Source: Eutreptiella sp. 'Long Island Sound 2002'
Taxonomy: Eukaryota > Protista > Euglenida
Length of the DNA: 64,000 nt
Direction of reading: 5' to 3'
NCBI GenBank assembly: GCA_964036045.1
Contig: OZ038378.1
Coordinates: 14,880,001-14,944,000, forward strand
Shown here: one piece after another, positions 8,843-52,560 of the stretch
Layout of the letters: every line of letters begins with the position of its first letter
Position numbering within the stretch: the stretch's first letter is position 1
The notes under the pieces: model-generated
Seen by the model: the letters and a program-made list of their open reading frames with translations, nothing else
Told to the model about the DNA's origin: nothing
Database searches by the model: none
Made by a program: the position numbers and the translations under genes

Positions 8843-11800
8843 ACACGAAATGAACAAGCATTGGCATAGAGCACAAGCTGATACAAAACACACAGGAAAT
8901 GGCATGATGCACAGGCTGTCGCACAGAACTTTCAGCTAGCAGTACCCCCCCCCCCTTGTGCAAGCACGGTCACGGTCCCAAAAGTCCAGGCAAAACAATG
9001 ATTCAACGCCCACCCCGTGCTTAGAGCTTAAAGCTGTGCATGCGCTTGACACACATAACCGCAAAGCACGTGCGGGTCTCAAACCTTACACAGCATGGTA
9101 CAACCCACAAGCAACTTTCCAAATATTGCCTGTCCTTATTCACTGTTGGGTGCATCAGGTGCTGTGGAATAGAAGCCCTTTCCAACCTTCCGCCGCATCT
9201 TGTACAATTTCACATGCTTGCCCTTCAGAGCTGGTTTTTGAGCAGGTTTCGCGGCAGGTGGAGGGAATGACAATGGTAGTCATGGCTGAAATTCACATCA
9301 AAACAAACAGCTTGGAGTTGCAATATGTGGTACAATGTTGTTATGAACAGAATGCACAATCACAGACATGACTGAGCCCCTCTTTCCCTCTACAAGCGCG
9401 TCAAACCCAATCCTCCATTCAGGACGACAAAAAACAGCAGTCCCAAAAAATCCTAAAACCAGCGGTTCAACGCCCACCCTGTGCTTACCCATAATCCGAC
9501 CATGGCCGTCACCCCCGGTATCCCACCGGCAGGACCACCCCGTGCTTAGACAAGGCCGTGCTTGGCCAATGCGGGGGGGGGGGGGGGTAGATATGGACGA
9601 AGGCAATAATGCGCCTCTTGAAAACTTTCCACACTCAGAGGCAACACAGGCACACATCAAAGCTTCAGGCCAAGTGGTTTGCCCATCGCAGAAGGCAGGG
9701 CATGTTCACTGTGTCTGGGTGAACCAGCAGGAAAAGTGAGGCCACTTGCCCTCACCGGTTACAGCACCCCCTTCACGCATACTGCTGCAGAGGTTGCATA
9801 TGGATGATGCTCAACCAGATTGTTCAGCCAGCTCCTCAGTTTATGTGTATGCGTGGGGGGGGGGGGGGGGTTAAAAGACATAGTGTGTCAATATGATCCG
9901 GTGGAACTTGGACGATGGAGTGTAATGCAAGATTGAAAAATGAAAGACACTGTGCGTTTGGGAGGCAAGGCTTACTGAGGTGTACAGCTTGCTGCCAGTA
10001 TGTACAGTGTTTTATTTTTGCAGGTGGGGTGTAGCATATTGTAGTGGTATGATATTAGATGGGACAGCCGAAAGCTCCTGGAGGGAATTCACCCAATATG
10101 ATCTGCACTGAGAGGCCACTGATTGAATCATGGCAGGAATTGGCAAAGCGTCGCATTTCTGTCTGTGCATCCGGGTGTTTCCAATCTGAACCCGAGGTAA
10201 AGCTAAAATACCACGGACTGACTTATCTTGGCCAAGTTAGATCTGTTAGTGCGCCAGAGGTCCTGCACAGGGTCCGATGAGAGGAATGCATATTATTGGG
10301 CTTCGCTCATGGGTTGACAGGCCCCCATTCGCCGGACTACATGAGCGGTGACTGAATGAGGTCCCCACTTCACCTGTGGAGCAAGAGGCCCCTGGTTGGG
10401 TCGGATTTGTTCTGAGTTGGCCTGGCCATGCCCTGCTTGCAGCCCATGAGGGTCTGCACTGCGTGCATGACATAAATGTGTCAGTGCTGTCTCCTACAGT
10501 GCCTGGTGTGCTGTGGCTCTACCTGCAACCAGTTCGTGCTTGCCTGCACAGGATGTGATGGAAGCCCCAGGGTCCGAAACGGAAACCAGAACGCAGCATA
10601 CACACCCTATCCCTGACCTCCCTTTGCGCACCCTATCTGCCCCCAATATTGGGTGGCATCAACATCGAAAATTGCGGAAATACATGTGGGTCCCATGACG
10701 ATGATGGCAGTAAAGCAGAAGCTCTGTGTGGTGCAAAACGCAACCCCCCCCCAGCACCCCCACACACACGTGCAGGTGTGCACATACAGGGGGCGTCCTG
10801 GCACAGCGCGTGCACAGCGCGTGCACAGCGCGCATATTACAGGGAGAAATTGGGGGGTTTTGCTACAATTGGCAATAGTCTTGCCTATACAGACCATACT
10901 ACACTCCCACAGTGTTGGACAGCCTCATGTTTCAGGCTGAAAAATTGCCGGTTCACTATTAATTGAGTCGGGGAGGTGGTATGTAGTATTTTGCACACTC
11001 GGGGATAATCCGGATACCGTTTGTGCAAATACAGTATACACACACGCTTAGCACACTCACACACACATTTAGTGGGTAAAGTTCAGAAATGGTATCCGGA
11101 AGGGGGAACCGCTTGTAGCAGTGGCCGCAGGGAGCTAGTACGTTCTTCTGAACCGAATGCCGAGCCCAGAGCTCTTCAGGCAGTGTACCTCTTCGTTGGC
11201 ACCGGTATAGAGGGTTAGAAACCCTTGGGTATGGGCCAGTTAGAGGTCCTAAACAAGGGATCGCTTGCCCCCAAGGAGGGAATTCACACCTTGAGTAAAC
11301 ACACCTTTTTGTTTAATCCCCTCAAGGATAATTGAGCCACCGTCCCTCGTTGGAACTAATACAAATGCATAACAAGGCTCATTGTCACTGGTACTAGGCA
11401 CGACCATGCAGCTTGGGTATGGTCCTGTACAAAATTTGTGCATAGTGCGCGCATAGCGCGCAAGACGCCCCCACATGCACACGAGTAACCAGGAGCAACA
11501 ACTCTGCGAGTACACGCAGTGCCAATGTGCAAATTACACTCCATCTTCCTGGAACAAAGCCCCCCTCTGCCCAGCACAGCACTTGAAAAGAAGCGGAAAG
11601 GCGTGTGCTGGCGCGTCATCTCAAGAGTGAAAATCGATTTCCTACACAGTAAAGCTGACAGCAGCACTTGGGCATTAACTACTGTGAGTTGGGCTATCCA
11701 AGGGTATTGGAAAGCTCTCCCACTGCTAACCGCTGGACACTACCCCATGCATATCGCAGTGCTATGGCAAGAATGGATTGCCCCAACCAGCATAGACACT

Positions 11801-13565
11801 CTTGAATGGAAAGGAGTCGGAAAAAGCTCGGCTGTCCTCAAGGAGTCTCTTGCTTGTGGATAGGAACGAGCTGGCAAAGCACCTGGGGTTCTTGGAACCT
11901 TCCCTGGCACCCTGGCAATCGTTCTTGAGGGCCGGCAATCATTCACAACAAGGTTATCACCTTTTCTGTTTCTGTTTCCAACATCCTACAATTCTGCAGT
12001 CCTGGAATAACTCGTGACAGCCTGGAAACAATTCTTTGGCAACACTGGAATAACAAACTTGTAACACTTCCTGACAACCCTGTAATAATTCCTGATACCA
12101 ATCCTGAGACTGTCTTGCATTAGAACAGAGCTCCCTTATTCTTGGTGTTTATTTAAACACCTGATTGTCTGGCCTTCCCGAAGCGATATCCAGGGATGGG
12201 AAGAAAAACTGTACCAAGTCCAGGGCATCCACAAGCAAATAATACCTCTGTGCCAACTGAACAGGGCACGCAGAACTTACCGTTACTCTGGAACACTGCC
12301 CTGTGTCAAGGCTGAGTGGGGACTCCCATGCAACTTATATACCTGCCTGCCAACACTTCTGATGCTGTAATCCTGCATTACCACTCGAAATTGGTTTGTT
12401 CTTGACTTTGAAACTGTGTGTCCTTTCAACTATCTTTCATTTTCCAGCGACGTGCATGCAAACATATGAAAGCATTGCACGCCATGTTGTGATGTGAGTA
12501 AACGACTGTGCACACACACAGGCACACACAAGCATGCCTGGGCATGCTTCTGTGTGCACACCTCCATGGTGGGTGCAGCCTGTCTGTGCTTGGGCACTCA
12601 AAGGGAAAGCCACATGCTGCGTTAAAGCTGTCTGGCTCACCTTATTTATAAGAGGGAGGAAGAGCACTTTATAGGAACATCCCGAGAGACGATCAATCAA
12701 AATCACTATCACCCGCCCTTCACACCACCCGAAAGATTCAGACGCCCCAAGACACACCGCAGTGAGCCTTCGAACCATCACGCGCCTGAGTGTTTTTCAT
12801 TGTTTTCTTTGCATTTAAGAACAGCACACCGCACCAGGACGATGAGTGTACCTCACTGGTTTGCCTAGATACACTGGATGTTTAATGAAAACTTTGCATG
12901 TGTGCTCAAACCCAACATTTGAAGAGACATTGTTGTAATTGAACAGTGGCCATGCCGGCACAGCTTCTGTGGAACGCTACAGACGTATTACGCTGCAAAA
13001 AGGTGGACAAAATTGTAATGGCCTGAAGCTAAAAAGCCACAGAAACATTGATGAAACGTGGCTACGCCCACTTTTCGTCACATGCATGTAGTGCTCCCTG
13101 TACCTTGAACTCCACTGCCTCAGGGTGTTCGGTGGCTGGATGTGCCGCTCTTCCAACCACAACCTGATAATTCCTTTGATACATGCAGATCGCCCAATCG
13201 GCACCATCCTCCAGTCCCCCCTTATGTTTGGATTCCTTGCAAACAAGGCTAGACGGTGAGGGTACAATCAGAAAAAAACAAAAACAAAAAAACAAACAAG
13301 GGCGACAGAAGGCAGAATGCCAATAGGCTGCCGGACACTGGCACCGCGCAGAGTATCACAAACGGCACTCACAGCTTTAAATGCCGTGTGCCAGCGACTG
13401 GGGGGCACCTGACGGTGGTTAGCGGTTAAATGACCATCCAATGCAATCGTGGAGAAGCATAAGTGATCCCTGCGCTAAAAAAACGCCCATCCTTCAGGAC
13501 CTCTCTGCTTGTATGACTGGGTACAGGTGTGCGGGCAGGGAGTCGCACACGCATGAGTGTGCACT

Positions 13566-13614
<49 letters not shown>

Positions 13615-14764
13615 TTCAGGTATGCTTACCCCTTAAACACACATCAATCAGCAGATGTGTGTAATTGTACACTGCGGTGAACCTCCAGTTGTACCAGACT
13701 GGGGCTGTAAGATGCAAGCAGAGCAATCGGGAATCTTAAGCCCTTAAGCCTGAGGATGAAGCTAAAAGGACCGAAACTGCGGACCACTTACATCCAGACA
13801 CTCAGACATGATTGGATGGGGTCCTGGGCCCTACTGAGTCACATATAAGATGTGAGTGGGTCCTACTGAATCGGCATCAGATGTCGGTCCTGATGTGGCC
13901 TGGTCTGGCTAAACGAGGGACTGGGCAGGGCCAGACGATGAGCAGGGTGGGACATGGGGGCACATCCTGTCAAGTGCAGAATTCTCAGTCAGACGTTGGT
14001 GGGATCTAGGCTGTTCTCCGTAGACAGCTCAAGAAACCCTGCAATGGCCTCGGCAGCACCACAGAGATACAAAAGAGGCTGCAACTTGTTACATGGAATG
14101 GGACGGTGTGGTGAGCGTTAGGATGGTAAAGCGCGGTGACAATACAGCCCAGAGAGAAAACAAAGTCTGGGTGATCAAATGCCGCAGGATATATCTGACA
14201 AGAAAAAATTCTGCAGTTTGAAGTAAAGTCTCATCATGTTCCTGTATGTATATCTCTTGTTGGCCGACTGCCTCTTTACTGCACGCTTTCATCCACAGGC
14301 TCCGGTGCTTCTGGTTCCACTGGCAAAAGCTCTGCTGCTGGTTGCACCGGCAAGAGCTCTGCTGCTGGTTGCACTGGTGTTGGCTCAGCTTCCGCAGCTT
14401 TCGGTCCTGAAAGAGATAATGCAAACAGATCAACGTGAATAGAGATTGCAGGCAGGAGAGCAACCGTGTGACCGAAGCCCGAAATCTGGCCACCCAATGC
14501 TATGAGAGCACTGCACTGGTGGAACAATGGCAGGTGATTGGTGGGAAGGTCCATGTTGTTCCTACTGTTGGCGGCAATCCGCAATCGGCTCTGGTAATGC
14601 CACAGGTTACAGGGTTGATTTGCCTGTATCTGCCTGACAGGGTCCCCCGCAAGGTAGTAGAGACCTAGCACAACCCCCCACCAACCAACATACACTTTTA
14701 CCATTACAATGGATGCATCATCCTGTGAGAAGAAAACAAGGAGCAGAATGGGGCACCGGGATCT

Positions 14765-16010
14765 TAGGCGGCCCATCGGGGGGTGCCCCCAAAAACCACA
14801 CTGTCAGAATTCTGACAGTGAAAAAAGAGTGATGGAAACCTGTGTCTGTGGGCAGAGCGTCTTTGGGATGCATGCAAACCCCCTTGAGGGTCACATTTTG
14901 GCATCTTTTGAACCATTTTATTGTCGCGCAAAAAACACGCAAAAACGGCAGTTTGAGGCGATTTTGACACCCAAATTGCACGGAACGCTGAAAAAGGGGT
15001 TGCACGGGCCAAGGTCTGTGCACCAGTGTTTGCAGAAGGGTGGCAAAGGCAAAGGGGGGAGTCATGTAGCTACGGTCCCAGGGAAGATTTTTTTGGGATG
15101 GGGTAGGATATGAAAAAACACCGTCAAAAAGCAAAATTTTGACAGATGCTTTTCTGCAAACCCTTGTTTCATGACCTAACCGCCACCGAGTAAAAATGGT
15201 GCGGGTAGAGGAGGCACTTTGGACACTATGCATGAAAGGCACCGGCCGGAGCAACGCATTTGTGGCATTCATTGTCGTATGCAGATTCTCACAGGCATGG
15301 ACAACAGTGCACATTACTACAGTTCGGGTAGACGCAACACAAGGTGTCACTGTCAGAATTCTGACAGCGAATACAATTGCGGAAAGCACAATTGACAACG
15401 TCCATTCCGTACCCGTGCTATTTGCAAGGAACGCTGTCAGATTTCTGACAGTGAGGCCTTGTGTTGCTTCTACGCAAACTGTTTGTAGCACTGCCGTCCA
15501 AGCCTATGAGAATCTGTATACGACAATTACTGCCGTAAATGTGTTTCTCGGGTCCGTGCCTTGCATGCATGGTGTCCAAAATGCCTCCTCTACCAGCAGT
15601 CTTTTTACCACGTGACGGTTAGGTCATGAAACAAGGGTTTGCAGGGTTTGCATCTGTCAGAATTTTGCTGTTTGACATTATTTTTCCCCACTCTGTTTAA
15701 AATCGTCCCTGGGACCCTAGTTACATGACTGCCCCCTTCCCCCTTCTTTGCTGCCCTTCTGCAAACACTGCTACACAGACCTGGCCTGTGCAACCCCTTT
15801 TTTAGCATGCCTGCAACTGGCTGTTCTGTGCAATTTGCAAAATCGTCTCAAACTGCCGTTTTTGTGTGTTTTTTGCCGGACAATAAATGGGCCAAAAGAT
15901 GCCAAAATGTGACCCGTGAGGGGGTTTGCGTTGCATCCCAAAGACGCGCTGCCCACAAACATGGGTTTCCACCACTCCATTATTGCTGTCAGAATTTTGA
16001 CAGGGTTTTC
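14765..16010. mobile_element. Foldback/MITE-like element with ~520-bp imperfect inverted arms and repeated TGTCAGAATTCTGACA palindromes
   Basis: About 14795-15320 is the reverse complement of about 15480-16005 (for example CCCTTGTTTCATGACCTAACCG versus CGGTTAGGTCATGAAACAAGGG). Confidence 0.75.
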
Positions 16011-16254
16011 GAGTTACCCCCAAATGGTTCTGCAACACACACCATGCGTCAGAGAGCATTTCATAAACAGCATGCCACACACAACCGGAATACACTATAT
16101 GCACCACACAACACACAACACACAACATGTAACACACGATATGCAATACACCACATGGAACACACAATGTGCCACACACAACACGCAATACATGTCATGG
16201 AAAACACAACATGCAATACATAACATGCAGCATGGAAAAAACAACATACAAAGA

Positions 16255-18639
16255 TGTGTCGCTATTGCACCAACTGTACTAGGGGTGAGTCGCAGATACC
16301 ATGTACCCGAGGTGGTCGAGTCGGGCACTGTCAAAATTCTGACAGTGCCTCCGCACCTAACCGGGGCTATGCGACTGTGGGCAGCTGATAAATTGAAGAA
16401 GAAGGAGACACTACCCTCATGGATGGCAATAGTGAGTTGCGAAGTGGTAAAAGCGGAGTGTCCGCTGCATATCCGGGAGATCATAGCAGGGGAGGACAAT
16501 GCCATTCAGCACAGCATCAGCACATTCCGCCTGTACCAAGTCATTGACAGGTCTGTCAGCTGGCAATCGGAGGTGCACCATGTCAGTTCTGCGTCTGTTA
16601 ATTGGTTAATGTTTTCCTCCTGTACTCTGCAAGATCCAACGACAACTAGATGATCCCACTACTACGGACCCGCATGAGGCAGTGTACATGGCAGTTCGGA
16701 AGGCAGGCCTCATCAAAGCGAAAGTCACCATGGTATGCCCCCCCCAAAGAGCAGAGCCCAGTGGTCTGTGCGGCTCTGTGGCTTATGCTCTGTGGCTCAT
16801 GTGCCTAACAGGATAGTGTGTGGAGGACCTGGAAGCCGCTGTATCATCTGGTCAACCATACTGACAACCGAATATCCGTAGCGTTAAGGTTGTACACCGA
16901 AAAGAAAAAGAAGGTACTTTTGGACCTTGCTTCGACCGTTTCGAATTTAAATGAGCCATGGCTCATTCTTGTTGACGGCGTTTCTTAGACGTGACCATCA
17001 CAGGCCTAAAGTGCACCTTGGGACTATACCGGGATCAGGCAGAGGATATTTGCATCTATCAGGGATGTGACAGTGCATCGGCGGCAGGCCTGGCAAAGCT
17101 CGTGAGAGGCCTGAAGCGTGATAGGCAATGGAAGCTGCTTTTCATGCATCTTGAGAACCCATTGCCGCATCCCAGTAGAAGTATGTGCATAACTCCCCTG
17201 ACAATCTTGAAGACATCTGGTGCAGTCATTACCCCCCCCCAGCCCCTCTTGTGATACTAGGAACGCATGAGGAAATGGTGAAGGTGCGACGCCTGGTGGG
17301 AGCGGCAGCGGTGAAGTGTCATGTGGGAAGATGGACAGCACAACATGAGGACGACTACCCACCCTTGGAATCAATCAAGAAAGCGCCGATTTCGGAAGGA
17401 GCGGAATGGAGTAGCTTCCAGAGCCTCCAGAGCATCCTGGCAAGACCTGTGCTGGAGCCTGAGTTGGAGACCTGTGACGAGGCCGTACACACGATGCACG
17501 TTGAAGGATAGATTTCGCGTGATAGGGAATCAATCGAGGGACCACAAGTGATGTTTGTCCACATGGTGAAGCGGGCACTGGCGGGGGCCTTCGCGAACCG
17601 TCGCTTTCAAATGGTGTGCTTTGTAATGGGTCACGGTGCTGTTTCCCTAGTGCATGTTTCGATCGTCTGCAAAATTAATGAGCTTTGGCTCATTCCGGGA
17701 GCTGAACCTGCCTGGTTAGTGCTTGAAAAGGCCTATTGTTGTCCTGCAGATCTTTGTTGAGTTATAGCAAGACGAGGAGTTTTACCTGCACCCACTGCTT
17801 CACTGGCGGCTTTGGGCTGAGAGTCCTATTCGTATTGTGGGTCCTGTGGTCGAAAGTAAGGCAGCTCAGACAGAGCTGAGTGGATCTGAGTCCTGAGTCC
17901 TGTGATGGTTGGAAGTGGCTGACGATCAGCCTGTATGACTCTAGCAGTACGCATGCTTACTATAAATGGAAAGAAATTCAAGCTGTTGTCGGGTTTACGG
18001 AAAAGCTCGTGAAGATGCCTAATTACTTGAATGTTGATCAGGGTGCCGTGAAGTTGCCAACAACGGTTGGCCTGCTCCATCTTTTGCCAAAGTGTTTTGG
18101 ACTCTCCCCTAAGTAGCCTGACGGGGAGAACTTCGAAGTGCCTGGTGACCTGGTCTGGATTCTAATTTGCACTTGTTTACCTGGTCTCCCTTTTCAGTGC
18201 GATGCGCTGCCAGAACTTGTCAGTGTTGGAGTCTTGTTCACAGGCCTTAAGGCATGGAAGGGTGATGGGTCAGATGACTCGGGCTGAACGGTGCAAAATG
18301 TAGTGGTTTACGCTGTCCAGTGATGCGTGCCTTGCGTATGCCATAGTGTCCAAGGCAGGCACGCAACACTGGACAACGTAAACCACCACATTTTGCATCG
18401 TTCAGCCACTTTGCAGCCATGTGACCAATCACCCTTCCATGAGGTGTCCCATGTAAAAAGCAAAGGCAGTGTCAGAATTCTGACAATGCCCGAGTCAAAC
18501 ACCTCCGGAACATGGTGTCTGCGACTCACCCCAATTACAGTGGGTGCAATATTGCTACAGAAAGCGGTTTCTGCAAACGCCCCCCCCAAAAAAACAGGGC
18601 TAAAGGGGTGTTTCCGGGCACCCCCAAATAGGCCGCCTA
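16255..18639. mobile_element. Related element with ~95-bp inverted arms (16255-16350 and 18465-18555) enclosing decayed coding-like DNA
   Basis: GGGGTGAGTCGCAGATACCATG at about 16282 versus CATGGTGTCTGCGACTCACCCC at about 18511. The right end GGCCGCC|TA (18631-18639) mirrors TA|GGCGGCC at 14765. Confidence 0.5.
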
Positions 18640-18803
18640 CGGGGATATCAACCTGTCCTCCTGTGTTGCAGTTTTGCACGCGCCCTAGTTTGGAGTTGTG
18701 TCAAAGGCAACATACTGCACCACCTTGCCTAACAATGTGGCACGTTGTGCCACATTCCGGACTGTAACTTGAACATTCTCTGGAAGTGAATTACACATGC
18801 CTG

Positions 18804-50343
<31,540 letters not shown>

Positions 50344-52560
50344 AATAAACTAGTGCCTATTCACCCTGCGGTCACCCTATTGAAATGCAACAATGGATTG
50401 GTAGGCCTAAAGACCTCGCTTTGTCACGGAGTGCGGCAACCTTCAACCTGCAACATGTTCCAATGCTTATTGTTGGTGCATGTACTTACCCTCGTGCGAC
50501 ATCCTCGAGACTGCGAAGTACCCAAGTTGCACCGATCAACATGTGAAACTTGTTGTTAAATGTTGACGAGTACTTTCCATTCTTTTTGAGCATCTCGTGG
50601 AAAACACCAAGGAAAACCTCGATAACGTTTGGTCGATGTTTTCTAGCAACCACTTTAAAAACCAACGTGTGGGGTGCAAAGCACAAGGCTATCAAGAGAT
50701 CGAAAATAGCTTCCTCAATCGTCACTTTTTTGATGACACGTCACAATTGTGGAGACCTTTCGCCGAGCCCCCAAGGCACAAGTCTGCTAGTGTCATTCAC
50801 ATCAAGCACCCACGATACTCTCGGAGAGTAGTTGAGTTTTAAGCAAACATCATTATGTGACAGGTTTAGCACATAGTTGCTTCCGTCCGGCACGGCACGG
50901 CCAACTAGTCATTTGTGCCGGTGAACATCATGCACAACATGGTGTCAAGTTTCACTAGGAATTGCAACGAGACAAAACTTGCCCATGCGTATGTACGACG
51001 CTTATTAACGCATCTCCTCGCATCAGTGCGTGGGACAAGAAAGAGGACAAAACCCGGCGGTCTTCCGAATCCTTCATGAACAATTTCCGGGTGTGTTATC
51101 AACTCACTGGAAGCGACTGTTTAGTAGGCTAGAAGAAGGTTAATGATTTGTGCGCTCGACACAAACAAGTTTTTTGACTTGTGGCCAATTTTTGCAAGAC
51201 CATACTTTTTCATTGGCCTATCATATGTTTTGGTTGTGGTGTTAAGACATTTCGTGACACCACGTGCGCGGGACGACACGTATGCACAAACGCCGCGCGA
51301 ACAACATGCAACCCGACACAAGAGAGCACAAGAATGCACGAAACCAAGCAAAGCGTCGGAGAATCCGCACTCAAACGTAAGATCTGATTAATGTAATAAG
51401 CGATGCACGGCGGCGCAAGAACAAACTCTTCAGTGATGCATCAGAGGTTGCCAACAAAAAACATGTGCACAATGTGTCTCACCATAACAATAGCTTCACA
51501 AACCGGTCCGTTGGCTTGCCCTCACTTTGCCTTTCGTGTAACGACGCCTCTATGCCTTACATTTGTGCCTACATGTAACCCAGTGTGGGCTCAAGGAGCC
51601 CCTAGCCGTGTTTTGAAAAAACACGTCGCTGCATTGAAGAACGCAGGCCCGTGTGGTCATGACAAGCATATTCCTTTTGGGAAGTACTCACTCATTGCAT
51701 CGGTTTGAATTGCATTGTTTCAGCGGCCTCAAGGATCAATGTTTGATAACGCATACAAGTGTGCTTCTTTGGTAACGTGATCATTCACTTCGATTTGGTT
51801 TCCCCCATGGGCTCTCTGGGATTGACTGGTAAAGACCCATGTTCGGAGGCTCAAACTCCAGTTTGCAAATACCCTTTTAGAATGAGCATTATCATTCCCA
51901 TTGGAAGTTGTGCGAATTACACGGGTCGTAAAGAAGCCAGCTGATTATGAATACACATTGGTGTGCTCCATCTGCAAATCGGTGTCACTTTCGAATTCGA
52001 ACACACATAATTAATGGGTTGGTGGGCAAGGGCTGCGCGGCGCATGGACAGTAACTTGCCACTTGGGGAGATTGTCAACATAGTAGATTTGTTGCTATTT
52101 TACGGATTTTCCGTCATTTTAAGTCAAAAAATACACGAATCTGTGAGAAATAGGGTGGTTACAGCAATTTTGGCACTTGTCTGCTAAATTTTAAAAATTG
52201 CCTTACATCTGGCCCATGTTACCTTCTGCGGTGCTCTGAATACTGTCAATTGTGGTAAGAGCATCGCCAAATTGGTACTCCATTTTGCAAACTTTAGTCT
52301 TGTAAATCTACGGTTTTCCTTTTTATGACCAGTCCATGGATAGGTCCGAGGTTCTTGTTGCCAAAGGCCGTTGTCTACCATTTTTAGCTACCTTAATGTT
52401 TGGAACTCTTGGCCGCTAATAATGAGCCACTGTTACGATACGATACGTTTTCCTTTCGATGGGCCAGTTGCTTTTGACTGCTTACTGCCCTCCTTCTTAA
52501 ATGTGTGTCACTGCTTGCCTATGACGTGACATGATGTTCGTTACTACTGGTCGACTCATA

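Noticed and set aside
7801-8963. ORFs with HTHT/VCVC/ERER runs (also 13441-13680, 45981-46225, 48311-48864)
   Set aside because: They are microsatellite artefacts.
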